Positions 1 to 9,340 are shown, numbered from the stretch's first letter. The stretch is DNA of 32,000 nucleotides from Cohaesibacter marisflavi (GCF_900115225.1 NZ_FOVR01000001.1:501727-533726); one strand, 5' to 3'. The notes: generated from the letters alone by a model not told the origin. Made by a program: numbers and translations.

Positions 1-903
1 GAGCTTATGGCTGCTTCGCTAGAACTGAAAGGCAACGCCTTTGCTCGCAAGGTAAAGACAGGCAACCGGATTGTTGCGCTTGAACCGATATATGTTGAGG
101 TCCTTGTTACTAAAAACATTGATGGCAGCTTGCGCTATCGCTGGACTGAAGACGGAAATAGTTTTGATGTATCTGAAGCCGATGTTTTGCATATTCGCGG
201 CTTTGGCGGCAATGCGCTTGGTGGCTTTTCGACGCTGCATTTTGCGCGCAATTCCTTCGGGATTGCACGGGCCGTGGACAAATCGGCAGGCTCGACCTTC
301 AAAAATGGTATGCGCCCGAGCGGTGCCCTGACCTTTGAGAAGTTTCTCAATGAAGAGCAGCGCAAGATTGTTGAAGAACGGCTGGTCAAAAAATTCTATG
401 GCGCGGTCAATTCCGGGCGTCCTCTCATTCTGGAAGGTGGCACCAAATGGGAGCCGCTCACGATCAATCCTGAAGACGCGCAAATGCTGGAAAGTCGCAA
501 ATTCTCGGTTGAAGAGATTTGCCGGTTTTTCGGGGTGCCGCCGCATATGGTCGGCCACACAGAAAAGAACACCTCATTTGGCACTGGCCTTGAGCAACAA
601 ACCCTCAGTTTCATCAAATTCACTTTGCGGCGGCGTTTGAAGCGCATCGAGCAGAGCATTAACAAGCAGCTCTTAACTCCTGCGGATAGGGCGGCAGGAT
701 TCTACGTTGAATTTGATCTTGAAGAACTTTTGCGCGGGGATAGCAAGGCGCGCGCCGAGTACTACGAGTCCGGCCTAAGGGTCGGTTGGTTCAAGCTAAA
801 TGAAGTTCGAAAAAAGGAAAAATTGCCTCCAGTTCCTGGGGGCGACGTTGTGCGCATACAAATGCAGAATGTGCCGATAACGGAGGCGGGAAATGCAAAT
901 TGA
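1..903 (+). CDS. Phage portal protein, HK97 family (N-terminus truncated by the window edge)
   Basis: The frame is open from base 1. It sits directly upstream of the prohead protease and capsid genes and overlaps the next gene by 11 nt. The conserved portal C-terminal region (FGVPPHMVG, YYESGL) is recognisable. Confidence 0.85.
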   Translation, partial: ELMAASLELKGNAFARKVKTGNRIVALEPIYVEVLVTKNIDGSLRYRWTEDGNSFDVSEADVLHIRGFGGNALGGFSTLHFARNSFGIARAVDKSAGSTFKNGMRPSGALTFEKFLNEEQRKIVEERLVKKFYGAVNSGRPLILEGGTKWEPLTINPEDAQMLESRKFSVEEICRFFGVPPHMVGHTEKNTSFGTGLEQQTLSFIKFTLRRRLKRIEQSINKQLLTPADRAAGFYVEFDLEELLRGDSKARAEYYESGLRVGWFKLNEVRKKEKLPPVPGGDVVRIQMQNVPITEAGNAN

Positions 904-1567
904 TACCAAAATTACAGCGCCAATTCTTGACGTGAAATCCCTTTCCGAGAAGGGCGAATTTGAAGGCTATGCCAGCACCTTCGGCGGTGAACCTGACGAT
1001 TACGGCGATATCATTGCACCGGGCGCTTATGCCGACAGCATCGCAGAGCATGTTGCAAGTGGCACCATGCCAAAGTTGTTCTGGCAGCATAACAGGGACC
1101 AGCCAATCGGGCGTTGGCTCGAAATGCAGGAAGACGACAAGGGGCTTTTTGTTCGCGGCAAGCTCAATATGGGTGTGCAGTGCGCACGCGAAGTCCATGA
1201 GCTTTTGAAAGAAGGAGACATTGACGGGCTCTCTATCGGCTATCGCATCAAGGAATATTCCGTTGATACCGAAACCGGCGTCTGGACGCTGGAAAAAATC
1301 GACTTGCGCGAGATCTCCGTTGTTTCCATCGGGGCTAATCCGAATGCGTTGATTGGCAGCGTCAAGGCTCTCAAACAATCACACGATTTGACAGAACGGC
1401 TCAAGGCTGGGGACCAGCTGACAGAGCGCGAGTTTGAAATGTGGCTCAAGGGATTGGGTTTTTCAAACTCACAGGCGGAACGTGCCGCGCGGCTCCACCT
1501 GATCGGGCAGGGGGATCCTGCCAAAGCGGACGATGACCGGGCTTTCTTGCAAGCCTTGTTGCATTAA
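893..1567 (+). CDS. HK97-family prohead protease
   Basis: ATG at 893 follows GGAGG at 882-886. Motifs typical of the family are present (FEGYASTFG, LFWQHN..PIG, KGLFV.GKL, DGLSIGY). It lies between portal and capsid. Confidence 0.85.
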   Translation: MQIDTKITAPILDVKSLSEKGEFEGYASTFGGEPDDYGDIIAPGAYADSIAEHVASGTMPKLFWQHNRDQPIGRWLEMQEDDKGLFVRGKLNMGVQCAREVHELLKEGDIDGLSIGYRIKEYSVDTETGVWTLEKIDLREISVVSIGANPNALIGSVKALKQSHDLTERLKAGDQLTEREFEMWLKGLGFSNSQAERAARLHLIGQGDPAKADDDRAFLQALLH

Positions 1568-1592
1568 TTCAGCACCCACAGGAGCAAATATC

Positions 1593-2798
1593 ATGGCTGA
1601 TAAAAAGACACCTGAAGAACTGGCAGCGGAAGTCAAAGCCGGTTTTGAAACAGCAATCGACAAAGTGAAGGAAGTTGCTGAAGAGGCTTTGGGCAAAGCG
1701 GCGAAGGGCGAAAAGCTGACCGAGACCACCAAGGAAACGGCAGACGAAGCCTTGCTTAAAATGAACGAGCTGAAAGGCCAGTTTGAAGAATTCGAGCAGA
1801 AGATGGCGCGGATCGGCTCAAACCCTGCTGAGCGTGCAAAAAGCATCGGTGAGCAGTTTATCGATGATGAGCAGGTCAAATCATGGATTGCGGATGGCCC
1901 GACCAAGGGCAAGGCCGATATGAAGATCAAGGCCACGATCACCACGGCCACCACAGACGCGGCGGGTTCTGTTGGCGGGGCGATTGCGCCACAGCGTGTG
2001 CCTGGCATTCAGGAATTGCCACAGCGTCGCATGACGGTACGCGACCTGCTTTCGCCTGGTGATATGTCATCGCCTAGCCTTGAATATGTGCAGGAAACTG
2101 GCTTTTCCAACAATGCAGCACCGGTGGCCGAAGGGGCTGCAAAGCCATCCTCGGACATTCAGCTTGATTTGAAAAGCACAAGCGCCAAGGTGATTGCCCA
2201 TTGGTTCAAAGCATCCAAGCAATCGCTTGATGATGTGCCGCAATTGCGCTCGTTGATCGATAACCGGCTGTTGTACGGTCTGGCCTACAAGGAAGAATTG
2301 CAGCTTTTGAGCGGTGACGGTACCGGCCAGAACCTGCTTGGTCTCATTCCGCAAGCAACTGGTTATGCAGAGCCGTTTACGCCCGATTCTGGCACCAATA
2401 TTGACACCTTGCGCCTTGCGATGCTGCAAGCCGTGCTGGCTGAATATCCGGCAACCGGTCATGTGCTCAACCCGATTGATTGGGCGCGCATCGAGCTGAC
2501 CAAGGACGGGCAGGGCAAATATATCATTGGTCAGCCGCAAGGCTCGATCACGCCCACGCTCTGGAATTTGCCGGTGGTCCAGACACAGGCCATCTCTGAA
2601 GACAAATTCCTGACCGGTGCTTTCAAGATGGCTGCACAGGTCTTTGACCTCTGGCAGGCGCGTGTTGAGGTTGGTTTTGAAAATGACGACTTCACCAAAA
2701 ACCTTATCACCATTCTGGGCGAAGAGCGTTTGGCGCTGGCTGTCTATCGGCCTGAAGCCTTCATCTATGGCGATTTTGGCAACGTTGCTGACGCGTAA
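1593..2798 (+). CDS. HK97-family major capsid protein with an N-terminal coiled-coil delta (scaffold) domain
   Basis: ATG at 1593 follows AGGAG at 1580-1584. The first ~100 aa are charged and helical, followed by an HK97-like fold sequence. The position after the protease fits. Confidence 0.9.
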   Translation: MADKKTPEELAAEVKAGFETAIDKVKEVAEEALGKAAKGEKLTETTKETADEALLKMNELKGQFEEFEQKMARIGSNPAERAKSIGEQFIDDEQVKSWIADGPTKGKADMKIKATITTATTDAAGSVGGAIAPQRVPGIQELPQRRMTVRDLLSPGDMSSPSLEYVQETGFSNNAAPVAEGAAKPSSDIQLDLKSTSAKVIAHWFKASKQSLDDVPQLRSLIDNRLLYGLAYKEELQLLSGDGTGQNLLGLIPQATGYAEPFTPDSGTNIDTLRLAMLQAVLAEYPATGHVLNPIDWARIELTKDGQGKYIIGQPQGSITPTLWNLPVVQTQAISEDKFLTGAFKMAAQVFDLWQARVEVGFENDDFTKNLITILGEERLALAVYRPEAFIYGDFGNVADA

Positions 2799-2813
2799 CA
2801 ACAGGCGGTGACC

Positions 2814-2839
2814 AAGAGGGGCGGCGCGCTGTCCCTCTT
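2814..2839 (+). terminator. GC-rich hairpin just after the capsid gene (possible attenuator; no U-tract)
   Basis: AAGAGGGGCGG / CTGTCCCTCTT arms pair over about 11 bp (with G-U pairs) around a 4-nt loop, 16 nt after the capsid stop codon. No T-run follows. Confidence 0.3.
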
Positions 2840-2862
2840 CAATCAATCAAAAGGATACGATC

Positions 2863-3201
2863 ATGGTTAAGCGAGATTACACGGTTTTGCGCCCGCATCT
2901 GGGCGACAAAATGTATGAAAAAGGCGACACGCGCACAGCCGAAGAGGCGAGCGTGGGCCACCTTGTCAAAGCCGGTGTGTTGGCTGAAGTGAAGGAAGAA
3001 CCACCCGTTGAACTCAGCGGCGGGGATGATGAACCGGCGCAAGCTGTGGCTGAGCCTGACAAGGCGGAAACCGCCAGCGCGGCACCGGAAACCAAGGCGG
3101 CGGCAAGCGTGCCCGAAACAAAGGCGTCGTTGTTCTCGGAAGCGGAAACGGCAGCAAAGAACGCCAAAAGCGCCAAGGCTGAAAGCGGGGCCGCAAAATG
3201 A
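2863..3201 (+). CDS. Hypothetical phage protein with an Ala/Glu/Pro/Lys-rich low-complexity C-terminal half
   Basis: It fills the capsid-connector gap and its stop overlaps the next start in an ATGA junction (3198-3201). No family recognised. Confidence 0.55.
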   Translation: MVKRDYTVLRPHLGDKMYEKGDTRTAEEASVGHLVKAGVLAEVKEEPPVELSGGDDEPAQAVAEPDKAETASAAPETKAAASVPETKASLFSEAETAAKNAKSAKAESGAAK

Positions 3202-3776
3202 AATTCGCGCCATACCAGATAACGGCACCGGATGCATTGCCGGTCACGTTGGACGAAATCAAGACGCATTGCCGCGTTGATGGTGAGAGTGAAGACGACT
3301 ATTTGACAGGCCTTTTGCAAGCCGCTGTCAGTTATCTGGATGGTTACAGCGGCATCTTGGGCAAATGCCTGATGACACAGGAATGGGCGCAAGAATTTGA
3401 ATGGTGGGGCGACTTTCCTCTTTGCCTCGGGCCGTTCCTTGATCTGACGTCCATTGCCTATTTTGACGGGGATGGGGAAAGCCAGACGGTGGATCTTTCG
3501 AGCGTGCGGATTGAGCGGCGCGTGCTTGAGACTTTTGCTTGCCTCAAGGTGGGCGCGAGCTGGCCAGATACCGACCCGGACGCAGGGCCTATTACGGTGA
3601 CATGGCGGGCTGGATATGAGGATGCGGCGGCGGTGCCTGCGGGCATTCGGCACGCTATCAAGCTGATGGTCGGGCATTGGTTTGAAAATCGTGAAGCGGT
3701 TTTGGTGGGTGTTGCTGCCAATCAACTGCCCTTGGCGGTGGACGCGCTGATAGCGCCACACAGGAAGGTTTTGTGA
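3198..3776 (+). CDS. Head-tail connector protein (phage gp6-like; RcGTA g6 position)
   Basis: The N-terminal LDEIK.H.RVD....D..L..L..AA pattern is typical of gp6-like connectors. Translationally coupled on both sides. Confidence 0.7.
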   Translation: MKFAPYQITAPDALPVTLDEIKTHCRVDGESEDDYLTGLLQAAVSYLDGYSGILGKCLMTQEWAQEFEWWGDFPLCLGPFLDLTSIAYFDGDGESQTVDLSSVRIERRVLETFACLKVGASWPDTDPDAGPITVTWRAGYEDAAAVPAGIRHAIKLMVGHWFENREAVLVGVAANQLPLAVDALIAPHRKVL

Positions 3777-4108
3777 TGCAAGCGGGCAAGCTTAACAAGC
3801 GGGTGACGTTTCAAGAGCCTTTACATACTGACACCGCAAGCGGCGGGCAGGCTGAGAGCTGGGGCAATGATTTGACCGTGTGGGGTGGCTTTCGACCAGA
3901 TCGGGCCAACGAGAAGGAAGGCGGCGGGCGGCTTGAGGCGACAGTGACCGGCCTTTTGCGGGTGCGCGGCTCTATCCAGACAATAGCCATCAATGAAGAT
4001 TGGCGGGTTTTGATTGATGGCGAGATTTATTCGATTGGCGGCATCATCAACCCGGACCAGCGCGGGCGCGAATTGCAAATAACGGTCACACGCGGGGAGC
4101 TGGTTTGA
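3776..4108 (+). CDS. Head closure / head-tail adaptor protein (SPP1 gp16-like; g7 position)
   Basis: About 110 aa with LNKRVTFQ...and the Y.I..I.N....R.L.I pattern. GTGATG junction with the upstream stop; GTG at 3773 is an alternative start. Confidence 0.7.
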   Translation: MQAGKLNKRVTFQEPLHTDTASGGQAESWGNDLTVWGGFRPDRANEKEGGGRLEATVTGLLRVRGSIQTIAINEDWRVLIDGEIYSIGGIINPDQRGRELQITVTRGELV

Positions 4109-4548
4109 TGGCGAAAACAAAATGGATCGGCAAGGAAAAGGCTTTCGGAAAACTCAAAAGTCTAGCTCCAGCGATTGAAAAGGACTTAAGCCCAAGCCTT
4201 GAAAAAAGCGCCGATGAGTTGGCCGGTCTGGCGCGGCGTTATGCGCCCAAGAAAAGCGGTGACTATGCCCGATCAATCGAGGCGGACCAGATCAAGGAAG
4301 ACAAGCAAACGCCAGCTTGGGGGCTGTTTGCTGATTTCATTTGGCGCTTTATCGAGTTTGGCACAAAGCCGGGCAGATACGGGGCGCGGACAAGCAGCGG
4401 CGGACGAGACAGGAAAGTTTACAGAACGCATCCGGGCACGGCTGCGAGTCCTCATATCTGGCCAGCCTACAGGATTTTGCAACGGCGCATCAAATCCAGA
4501 ACATCCAGAACGATAAACAAGGCAATCAAGACGGTTGGGAGGCGGTGA
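4108..4548 (+). CDS. HK97 gp10-family tail-completion protein
   Basis: The A..YAPKKSG.YA.SI and EFGT motifs are present. TGATG junction; TTG at 4105 is an alternative start. Confidence 0.6.
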   Translation: MAKTKWIGKEKAFGKLKSLAPAIEKDLSPSLEKSADELAGLARRYAPKKSGDYARSIEADQIKEDKQTPAWGLFADFIWRFIEFGTKPGRYGARTSSGGRDRKVYRTHPGTAASPHIWPAYRILQRRIKSRTSRTINKAIKTVGRR

Positions 4549-4551
4549 CCT

Positions 4552-4977
4552 ATGGCGCTCGATTTTACAAAGGCGCAAGAGCAGCTTGTAAGCGCGCTGA
4601 AGGCTGCGGGGATCTGTGACGGGCGGATCTATGACTTTATGCCGGAAAGTCCCTCAAAGGGGCGTGCGGGCCATGTGGGGCAACATTATCCTTTCTGTGT
4701 TCTGGGCAACTTTGCCGGTGATGAAAGCGACGTTGGCAATCGGCTTGGGGAAGTGATTTTCCAAATGCTGGAGGTGCATAGCCGCGACAGGGGCAAGGCC
4801 GAAGCCATGGCCATTGCGGCGCAAATCCGCGACAGTTTGCATAAGGCCTCTTTCACGCTGTCCGATGGGGCAAGCATGCGGGTCATTTGGCGAGGGGAAG
4901 ATATCAACGGACCCGAAAACAGGGTCTATTTTTGTGACATGCGTTTTGAAATCAAACTCTATGAGGCTTGCACATGA
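4552..4977 (+). CDS. DUF3168-like protein (tail terminator position; RcGTA g8 equivalent)
   Basis: ATG at 4552 follows GGGAGG. Size and position immediately upstream of the major tail gene fit. ATGA overlap with the next gene. Confidence 0.6.
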   Translation: MALDFTKAQEQLVSALKAAGICDGRIYDFMPESPSKGRAGHVGQHYPFCVLGNFAGDESDVGNRLGEVIFQMLEVHSRDRGKAEAMAIAAQIRDSLHKASFTLSDGASMRVIWRGEDINGPENRVYFCDMRFEIKLYEACT

Positions 4978-5399
4978 CAAAGCATCTTGGTCAAGAGCTG
5001 TTTATTCAGGTTGAAGACCCTGAGACAGCGGATGCCTATGTCGATTTTTGCGGCATTTCCAGCACTGATTTTTCCATGGGGCCGGAAATGGTCGACCGCA
5101 TTATTCCAGAATGCGACGGGGACCGGACGACACCGGCACAGGTGACCAAGCGGGCGGGCAATATTGATCTGAGCTTTACCGGCTCGGGTATTGCCGAAAT
5201 CAACACCCGCACAACGGCCATTTTTGATGCCGCGCGCACCGGGGTAACACTCAATTTCAAAGTGACTGTGCCGAACTATGGCAGCTTTACCGGGCCTGCC
5301 TATGTCAAAATCACTTTTACCGGCAACACCAATGAAGACTTGGCGATTTCTGCTGAGTTCGGATGGGAAAGCGTGCCGACCTGGGCGGCGGCGGCATAA
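4974..5399 (+). CDS. Major tail protein (TP901-1 / GTA g9-like)
   Basis: About 140 aa. Placed before the chaperone pair and tape measure. ATG at 4974 follows GAGG; the ORF-track start at 4968 is a TTG. Confidence 0.75.
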   Translation: MTKHLGQELFIQVEDPETADAYVDFCGISSTDFSMGPEMVDRIIPECDGDRTTPAQVTKRAGNIDLSFTGSGIAEINTRTTAIFDAARTGVTLNFKVTVPNYGSFTGPAYVKITFTGNTNEDLAISAEFGWESVPTWAAAA

Positions 5400-5408
5400 G
5401 GGGCGATC

Positions 5409-5759
5409 ATGCAAATCAATGAATTGACTGGTGAGGTTTCCGTTACTCTGGGCGGGAAAGACTTCACGCTTCAAGCCACCCTGCCAAGGGTGGCCGCTCT
5501 TATGGCTGAACTTCAGATTTCAGGCCTTAAACAGCTCCATTTCATGGCGGCGGTGCATGATCCGCGTTTGACTTATGCGGGCATCAAATGCCTTGCCGGA
5601 CCAGACAGCAAGGGCGCGGCGGACGGGTTGCTATTTGGCGCGACCAGTGAAGAGGCGGACGCGGCAATCGTGGCCGCTTTGGCGGCGGGTATGCCCGAGG
5701 CAAAAAGCCAGCCGGGAAAGCCGGGAGGGGAAGCGACCGCATCCCCTTCAGACGCATAA
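5409..5759 (+). CDS. Tail assembly chaperone, GTA g10-like (zero-frame product)
   Basis: 116 aa, immediately upstream of the tape measure. The N-terminal G.V.V.LGGK.F.L pattern is typical of the gene-transfer-agent family protein. Confidence 0.7.
   Translation: MQINELTGEVSVTLGGKDFTLQATLPRVAALMAELQISGLKQLHFMAAVHDPRLTYAGIKCLAGPDSKGAADGLLFGATSEEADAAIVAALAAGMPEAKSQPGKPGGEATASPSDA
5714..5720 (+). promoter_or_regulatory. Candidate -1 programmed ribosomal frameshift heptamer G GGA AAG
   Basis: The zero-frame codons are GGA (5715-5717) and AAG (5718-5720), preceded by G at 5714. This is the canonical X XXY YYZ form. The -1 frame is open from here to 5932. Confidence 0.6.
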
Positions 5760-5932
5760 AGCAGGTTGCTTTTGCCTATCTTGGATGGAGCCCTAGCGAG
5801 TTCAATCAAGCAACCTTGCGCGATTATGCCGACGCGATAGAGGGTTTTAACCAGCGGTATGGCGAGCCAGAAAAACCAACCATGTCCAAGGAACGGTTCG
5901 CAGAATTGAGGGCGCGATATGGCGGAAACTGA
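5720..5932 (+). CDS. -1 frame extension of the chaperone (g10.1 / rcc01693-like segment); predicted fusion product spans 5409..5932
   Basis: The -1 frame is open from 5651 to 5932 and encodes VAFAYLGWSPSEFNQATLRDYADAIEGF, resembling the LGLSP.EFW.LTP.E motif of the small GTA tail chaperone. No ATG, GTG or TTG start lies upstream of that motif. Confidence 0.55.
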   Translation, partial: AGRGSDRIPFRRIKQVAFAYLGWSPSEFNQATLRDYADAIEGFNQRYGEPEKPTMSKERFAELRARYGGN

Positions 5933-7802
5933 TCTTGAAAAACTGGTCTTGCGGATTGAGGCGAACACCACCCAATTCAACAAGGCCTTGAAGAAAATCG
6001 AGAAGAACACCGCGTCCAGCATGGGCCGAAGTGAAAAAAGCGTTCTTAAATTCACTTCGCGCCTTGGCGGTTTGGGCAAGGCTGCAAAGGGGGCCGTTTC
6101 TGCTGTTGGTGGTCTGGCTGGCATTGCTGTCGGCGGTGGGCTGGCTGGCATTGGGGCAACGATCAAATCAACCACAAGTCAAATTGTTGATCTTGCCTCT
6201 GAGGCAAAACGGGCCGGTGTGAGCTTTGAAGCCTTTCAGGAGTTGGACTATGCAGCGGGCAAAAACAAGGTCAGCATTGATGCTTTGACCGATGGCCTTA
6301 AAGAAATGCAATTGCGGGCTGACGAATTCATATCAACGGGGGCAGGATCGAGCGCAGAAGCCTTTCAGCGGCTTGGATATGACGCCAAGGAACTCAAACA
6401 ACGGCTAAAAGAGCCTGACAAGCTCTTTGAAGACATTATCGGACGCCTGCAACAGCTTGATAGGGCGGCGCAAATCCGCGTGTCTGACGAGATCTTTGGC
6501 GGCACTGGCGGCGAACAATTTGTTCAAATGCTCGGGGATGGCGTTGAAGGCTTGCGCAAAGCACGCAAAGAGGCGCGCGATCTTGGCTTGGTGATGAATG
6601 ATGAGCTGGTTGATAAGGCCAAAGAGATTGACCGGCAATTCCAGACCATCACCACCCGCATTGGAACCGGCCTGAAATCGGCGGTGGTTGAGGTTGCAAG
6701 CGAGCTGTCCAACCTGATCGGGCGTTTTCTGGAGCTTGAGAACGCCATGCCCGATGCATCAAGCCAAGCGCGGGGCGCGACTGCAGCCAGACGCGCACGG
6801 CGTGGTACGGTTCAAGGGCGGACATTTGCCGAAATTTTCGGGTCTGATGATGAAACGAATTATGCAAGCGGGGCGGCTGGCCGAAGACAACGGCGCAATG
6901 CACAGCGAACAAGCATCCAAACAGCGTCAGCGACAAGCACGCCAAGTGATCTGGTTGAAACGATACCGTCAACAGCGTTCAACGTGCCGGGCTCTGGCGG
7001 TGGTTCCGGGTCTGGCGGCAATGCCGATCAGCAAGCCGATAAGGTGCAAAAGGTCATTCTAGCCCTTGAGCAACAGGCGCAACAGCTCGGGCGCACGTCC
7101 GATGAGCAGGAACTCTATAACGCCTTGGCAAAGGCGGGTGTGAGCCTTCAGAGTGAAGAGGGGCAGGCTATCGCGGCGGCTGTTAATGGCCTTCAGGCAA
7201 AGCGTGTGGCGATGCAAGAGGCAATCAGCACCTCAAGGGCCATGCAGCTTGAGACCGAACAGATTGCGCAGAGTTTCGACTATCTGGGGCAATCGGGCGT
7301 TGATACGCTCTTGGACATTGTAAGCGGGGCGTCTTCTGCTGAGGATGCAATGCGCTCCTTTGCCTTGCAGATCGCCAACGCGGCGGCGCAAGCAGCGCTC
7401 TTTGGCTCCGGGCCTATGGCGTCTTTCATGTCTGCCTTGACGGGAACATCTGGCGGCGCATTGACCGGGCTTTTCACCTCTCTTGCGGGGTCCATTACTT
7501 CAAGCGGATCTGCGCTTGATCTGTCTTCCCTTGTGACCGGTGGGCGCGCTGGCGGCGGGATTGTGTTGCCTGGTCATCTCTATGAAGTGAACGAAACAGG
7601 GCAAGAGCTGTTTTCGCCAAACGTGGCCGGACGGATTGAACCAAATCGCCCCTTTGGCTCGGCGCATGATGGCGCGGGCAGTCAAGGCGACACGCACAAT
7701 TGGTATATTTCCACGCCTGACGCTCAAAGCTTCAAACAGTCCAAAGGCCAGATAGCCGCGAACATGGCGCGCCTTGTGGCACAGGGCGGACGCAATCAAT
7801 AG
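5919..7802 (+). CDS. Tail tape measure protein
   Basis: 627 aa. Contains a Gly/Ala-rich hydrophobic stretch (GGLAGIAVGGGLAGIG), long helical regions and low-complexity segments. Located after the chaperone pair. Confidence 0.85.
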   Translation: MAETDLEKLVLRIEANTTQFNKALKKIEKNTASSMGRSEKSVLKFTSRLGGLGKAAKGAVSAVGGLAGIAVGGGLAGIGATIKSTTSQIVDLASEAKRAGVSFEAFQELDYAAGKNKVSIDALTDGLKEMQLRADEFISTGAGSSAEAFQRLGYDAKELKQRLKEPDKLFEDIIGRLQQLDRAAQIRVSDEIFGGTGGEQFVQMLGDGVEGLRKARKEARDLGLVMNDELVDKAKEIDRQFQTITTRIGTGLKSAVVEVASELSNLIGRFLELENAMPDASSQARGATAARRARRGTVQGRTFAEIFGSDDETNYASGAAGRRQRRNAQRTSIQTASATSTPSDLVETIPSTAFNVPGSGGGSGSGGNADQQADKVQKVILALEQQAQQLGRTSDEQELYNALAKAGVSLQSEEGQAIAAAVNGLQAKRVAMQEAISTSRAMQLETEQIAQSFDYLGQSGVDTLLDIVSGASSAEDAMRSFALQIANAAAQAALFGSGPMASFMSALTGTSGGALTGLFTSLAGSITSSGSALDLSSLVTGGRAGGGIVLPGHLYEVNETGQELFSPNVAGRIEPNRPFGSAHDGAGSQGDTHNWYISTPDAQSFKQSKGQIAANMARLVAQGGRNQ

Positions 7803-7814
7803 GGGCTTTCAGAC

Positions 7815-8444
7815 ATGGCGGCATTTTTGGAAATTGTCTTTCCGGTCAAAATCGGACTTGGCGCAACGGGCGGACCACAGCGCAAAACGCAAGTGGTGCA
7901 AAGCGGATCGGGCAAGGAAGAACGCAATCAGCAATGGGCCAATTCCCGGCGCTCTTGGGATGTCGGCACCGGCATCCGCGATATATACGAGGCCGAACAA
8001 GTGCTTTCTTTCTTCGAGGATGTGCGCGGGCGGCTTTCCGGCTTTCTCTTTTGCGACCCGTTTGATTTGCGCTCTTGCGCCATTCTGGGCAACCCGAGCG
8101 CGACGGATCAGGCGATAGGCACAGGCGACGGGGCAACAACTGCCTTTCAGCTTACCAAGACTTACGGCAGCGCAAATCCATACATGCGCAAAATCAGCAA
8201 ACCGAAACAGGATTCCGTTTTGGTGGCTGTTGATGGCGTGGCGCTCGATGCGGCTGATTTCAGCGTTGATCACACAACCGGTCTTGTCACCTTGGCGGAC
8301 CCGCCAGCGGTGGACGCGGCTGTTACGGCTGGCTTTGAATTTTATGTGCCGGTGCGCTTTGACACAGATGATCTATCCATCGCTTGGGAAAATAACGCGC
8401 TTATCTCTGTTCCTTCCATTCCCGTTCTGGAGCTGATTTTATGA
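7815..8444 (+). CDS. DUF2460 / TIGR02217-like distal tail protein (RcGTA g12 equivalent)
   Basis: The N-terminal F.E..FP..I..G..GGP...T.V....SG.E.RN pattern is present. Position after the tape measure; ATGA overlap at 8441-8444. Confidence 0.75.
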   Translation: MAAFLEIVFPVKIGLGATGGPQRKTQVVQSGSGKEERNQQWANSRRSWDVGTGIRDIYEAEQVLSFFEDVRGRLSGFLFCDPFDLRSCAILGNPSATDQAIGTGDGATTAFQLTKTYGSANPYMRKISKPKQDSVLVAVDGVALDAADFSVDHTTGLVTLADPPAVDAAVTAGFEFYVPVRFDTDDLSIAWENNALISVPSIPVLELIL

Positions 8445-9340
8445 AGACTTTGCCCGATGGCATGCAAGCCCATCTTGATAGCGGGGCCACAACGCTTTGT
8501 TGGTGCTGGAAACTGACCAGAAGCGATGGGGCAATCTATGGCTTTACTGATCATGATTGCGATCTGGTTTTTGACGGTGTGACCTATTCGGCGGACAGCG
8601 GTTTTACAGCAACCGAGCTGCAATCAAGCCTTGGGCTCTCGGTTGATAATGTGGATGTTGAAGGCGCGCTTTCTGCTGATTTCATCACTGAGGAAGACAT
8701 TGCGGCGGGGCTCTATGATGGGGCAGGGGTTGAGGTCTGGCGGGTCAACTGGATGGATCTTGCCCAACGCCTTTTGATGCGCTCGGGCAATCTTGGCGAG
8801 ATCACGCGCGGGGATACCTATTTCAGTACGGAAGTGCGCGGGCTGGCAGCTGTACTACAGCAAAAGCAAGGGCGTGTTTATCAGGCCGCTTGTGATGCCA
8901 CCTTGGGGGATGAGCGGTGCGGGCTGGATGTTTCAAACGGGGCCTATTCGGTTGATGTGGTAGTAACCGGACAGACAGGCGGGCAAGTGCTCCAGATTTC
9001 CGGGGCTGATGCCTATGAGGCCAATTGGTTTGACCGGGGCACTCTGACCTTTACCAGTGGCGAGAATGACGGGATCAGCTACGCGCTGCAAAGCCATGTG
9101 GTGACAAGCGGTATTGTCTCTGTTGGCGTCTGGTCACCTTTCCTCAAGAGCGTTGCTGTGGGTGACACGATCACCCTTGTTGCTGGCTGTGACAAGCATT
9201 TTGCGACCTGCGTCAAGAAATTTGACAACGGGGCGAATTTTCGCGGATGCCCGCACATGCCGGGCAATGACTTTGTGACCACCTATCCAAGCCCTGACAG
9301 TGACGATTTATCCGGTGAGCATCGCTATGACCAATATTAA
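8441..9340 (+). CDS. DUF2163 / BR0599-like tail hub protein (RcGTA g13 equivalent)
   Basis: The motif L.SGATTLC.CW...R.DG...GFTDHD.DL.FDG.TY is characteristic of this family. Confidence 0.75.
   Translation: MKTLPDGMQAHLDSGATTLCWCWKLTRSDGAIYGFTDHDCDLVFDGVTYSADSGFTATELQSSLGLSVDNVDVEGALSADFITEEDIAAGLYDGAGVEVWRVNWMDLAQRLLMRSGNLGEITRGDTYFSTEVRGLAAVLQQKQGRVYQAACDATLGDERCGLDVSNGAYSVDVVVTGQTGGQVLQISGADAYEANWFDRGTLTFTSGENDGISYALQSHVVTSGIVSVGVWSPFLKSVAVGDTITLVAGCDKHFATCVKKFDNGANFRGCPHMPGNDFVTTYPSPDSDDLSGEHRYDQY

Noticed and set aside
2877-3761. Long antisense ORFs opposite the phage and core genes (for example 2877-3761, 2067-2846, 791-1378, 5573-6175, 12311-12940, 25764-26195, 30936-31739, all on the minus strand).
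   Set aside because: They lie entirely within well-supported + strand genes, have no recognisable motifs or SD sequences, and have Arg/Pro/Ala-rich compositions typical of shadow frames in GC-rich coding DNA.
6760-7030. Arg-rich and Gly/Ser-rich low-complexity stretches in the tape measure gene, considered as tandem repeats or repeat arrays.
   Set aside because: These are compositional bias within a continuous ORF. No periodic nucleotide repeat or spacer structure is visible.
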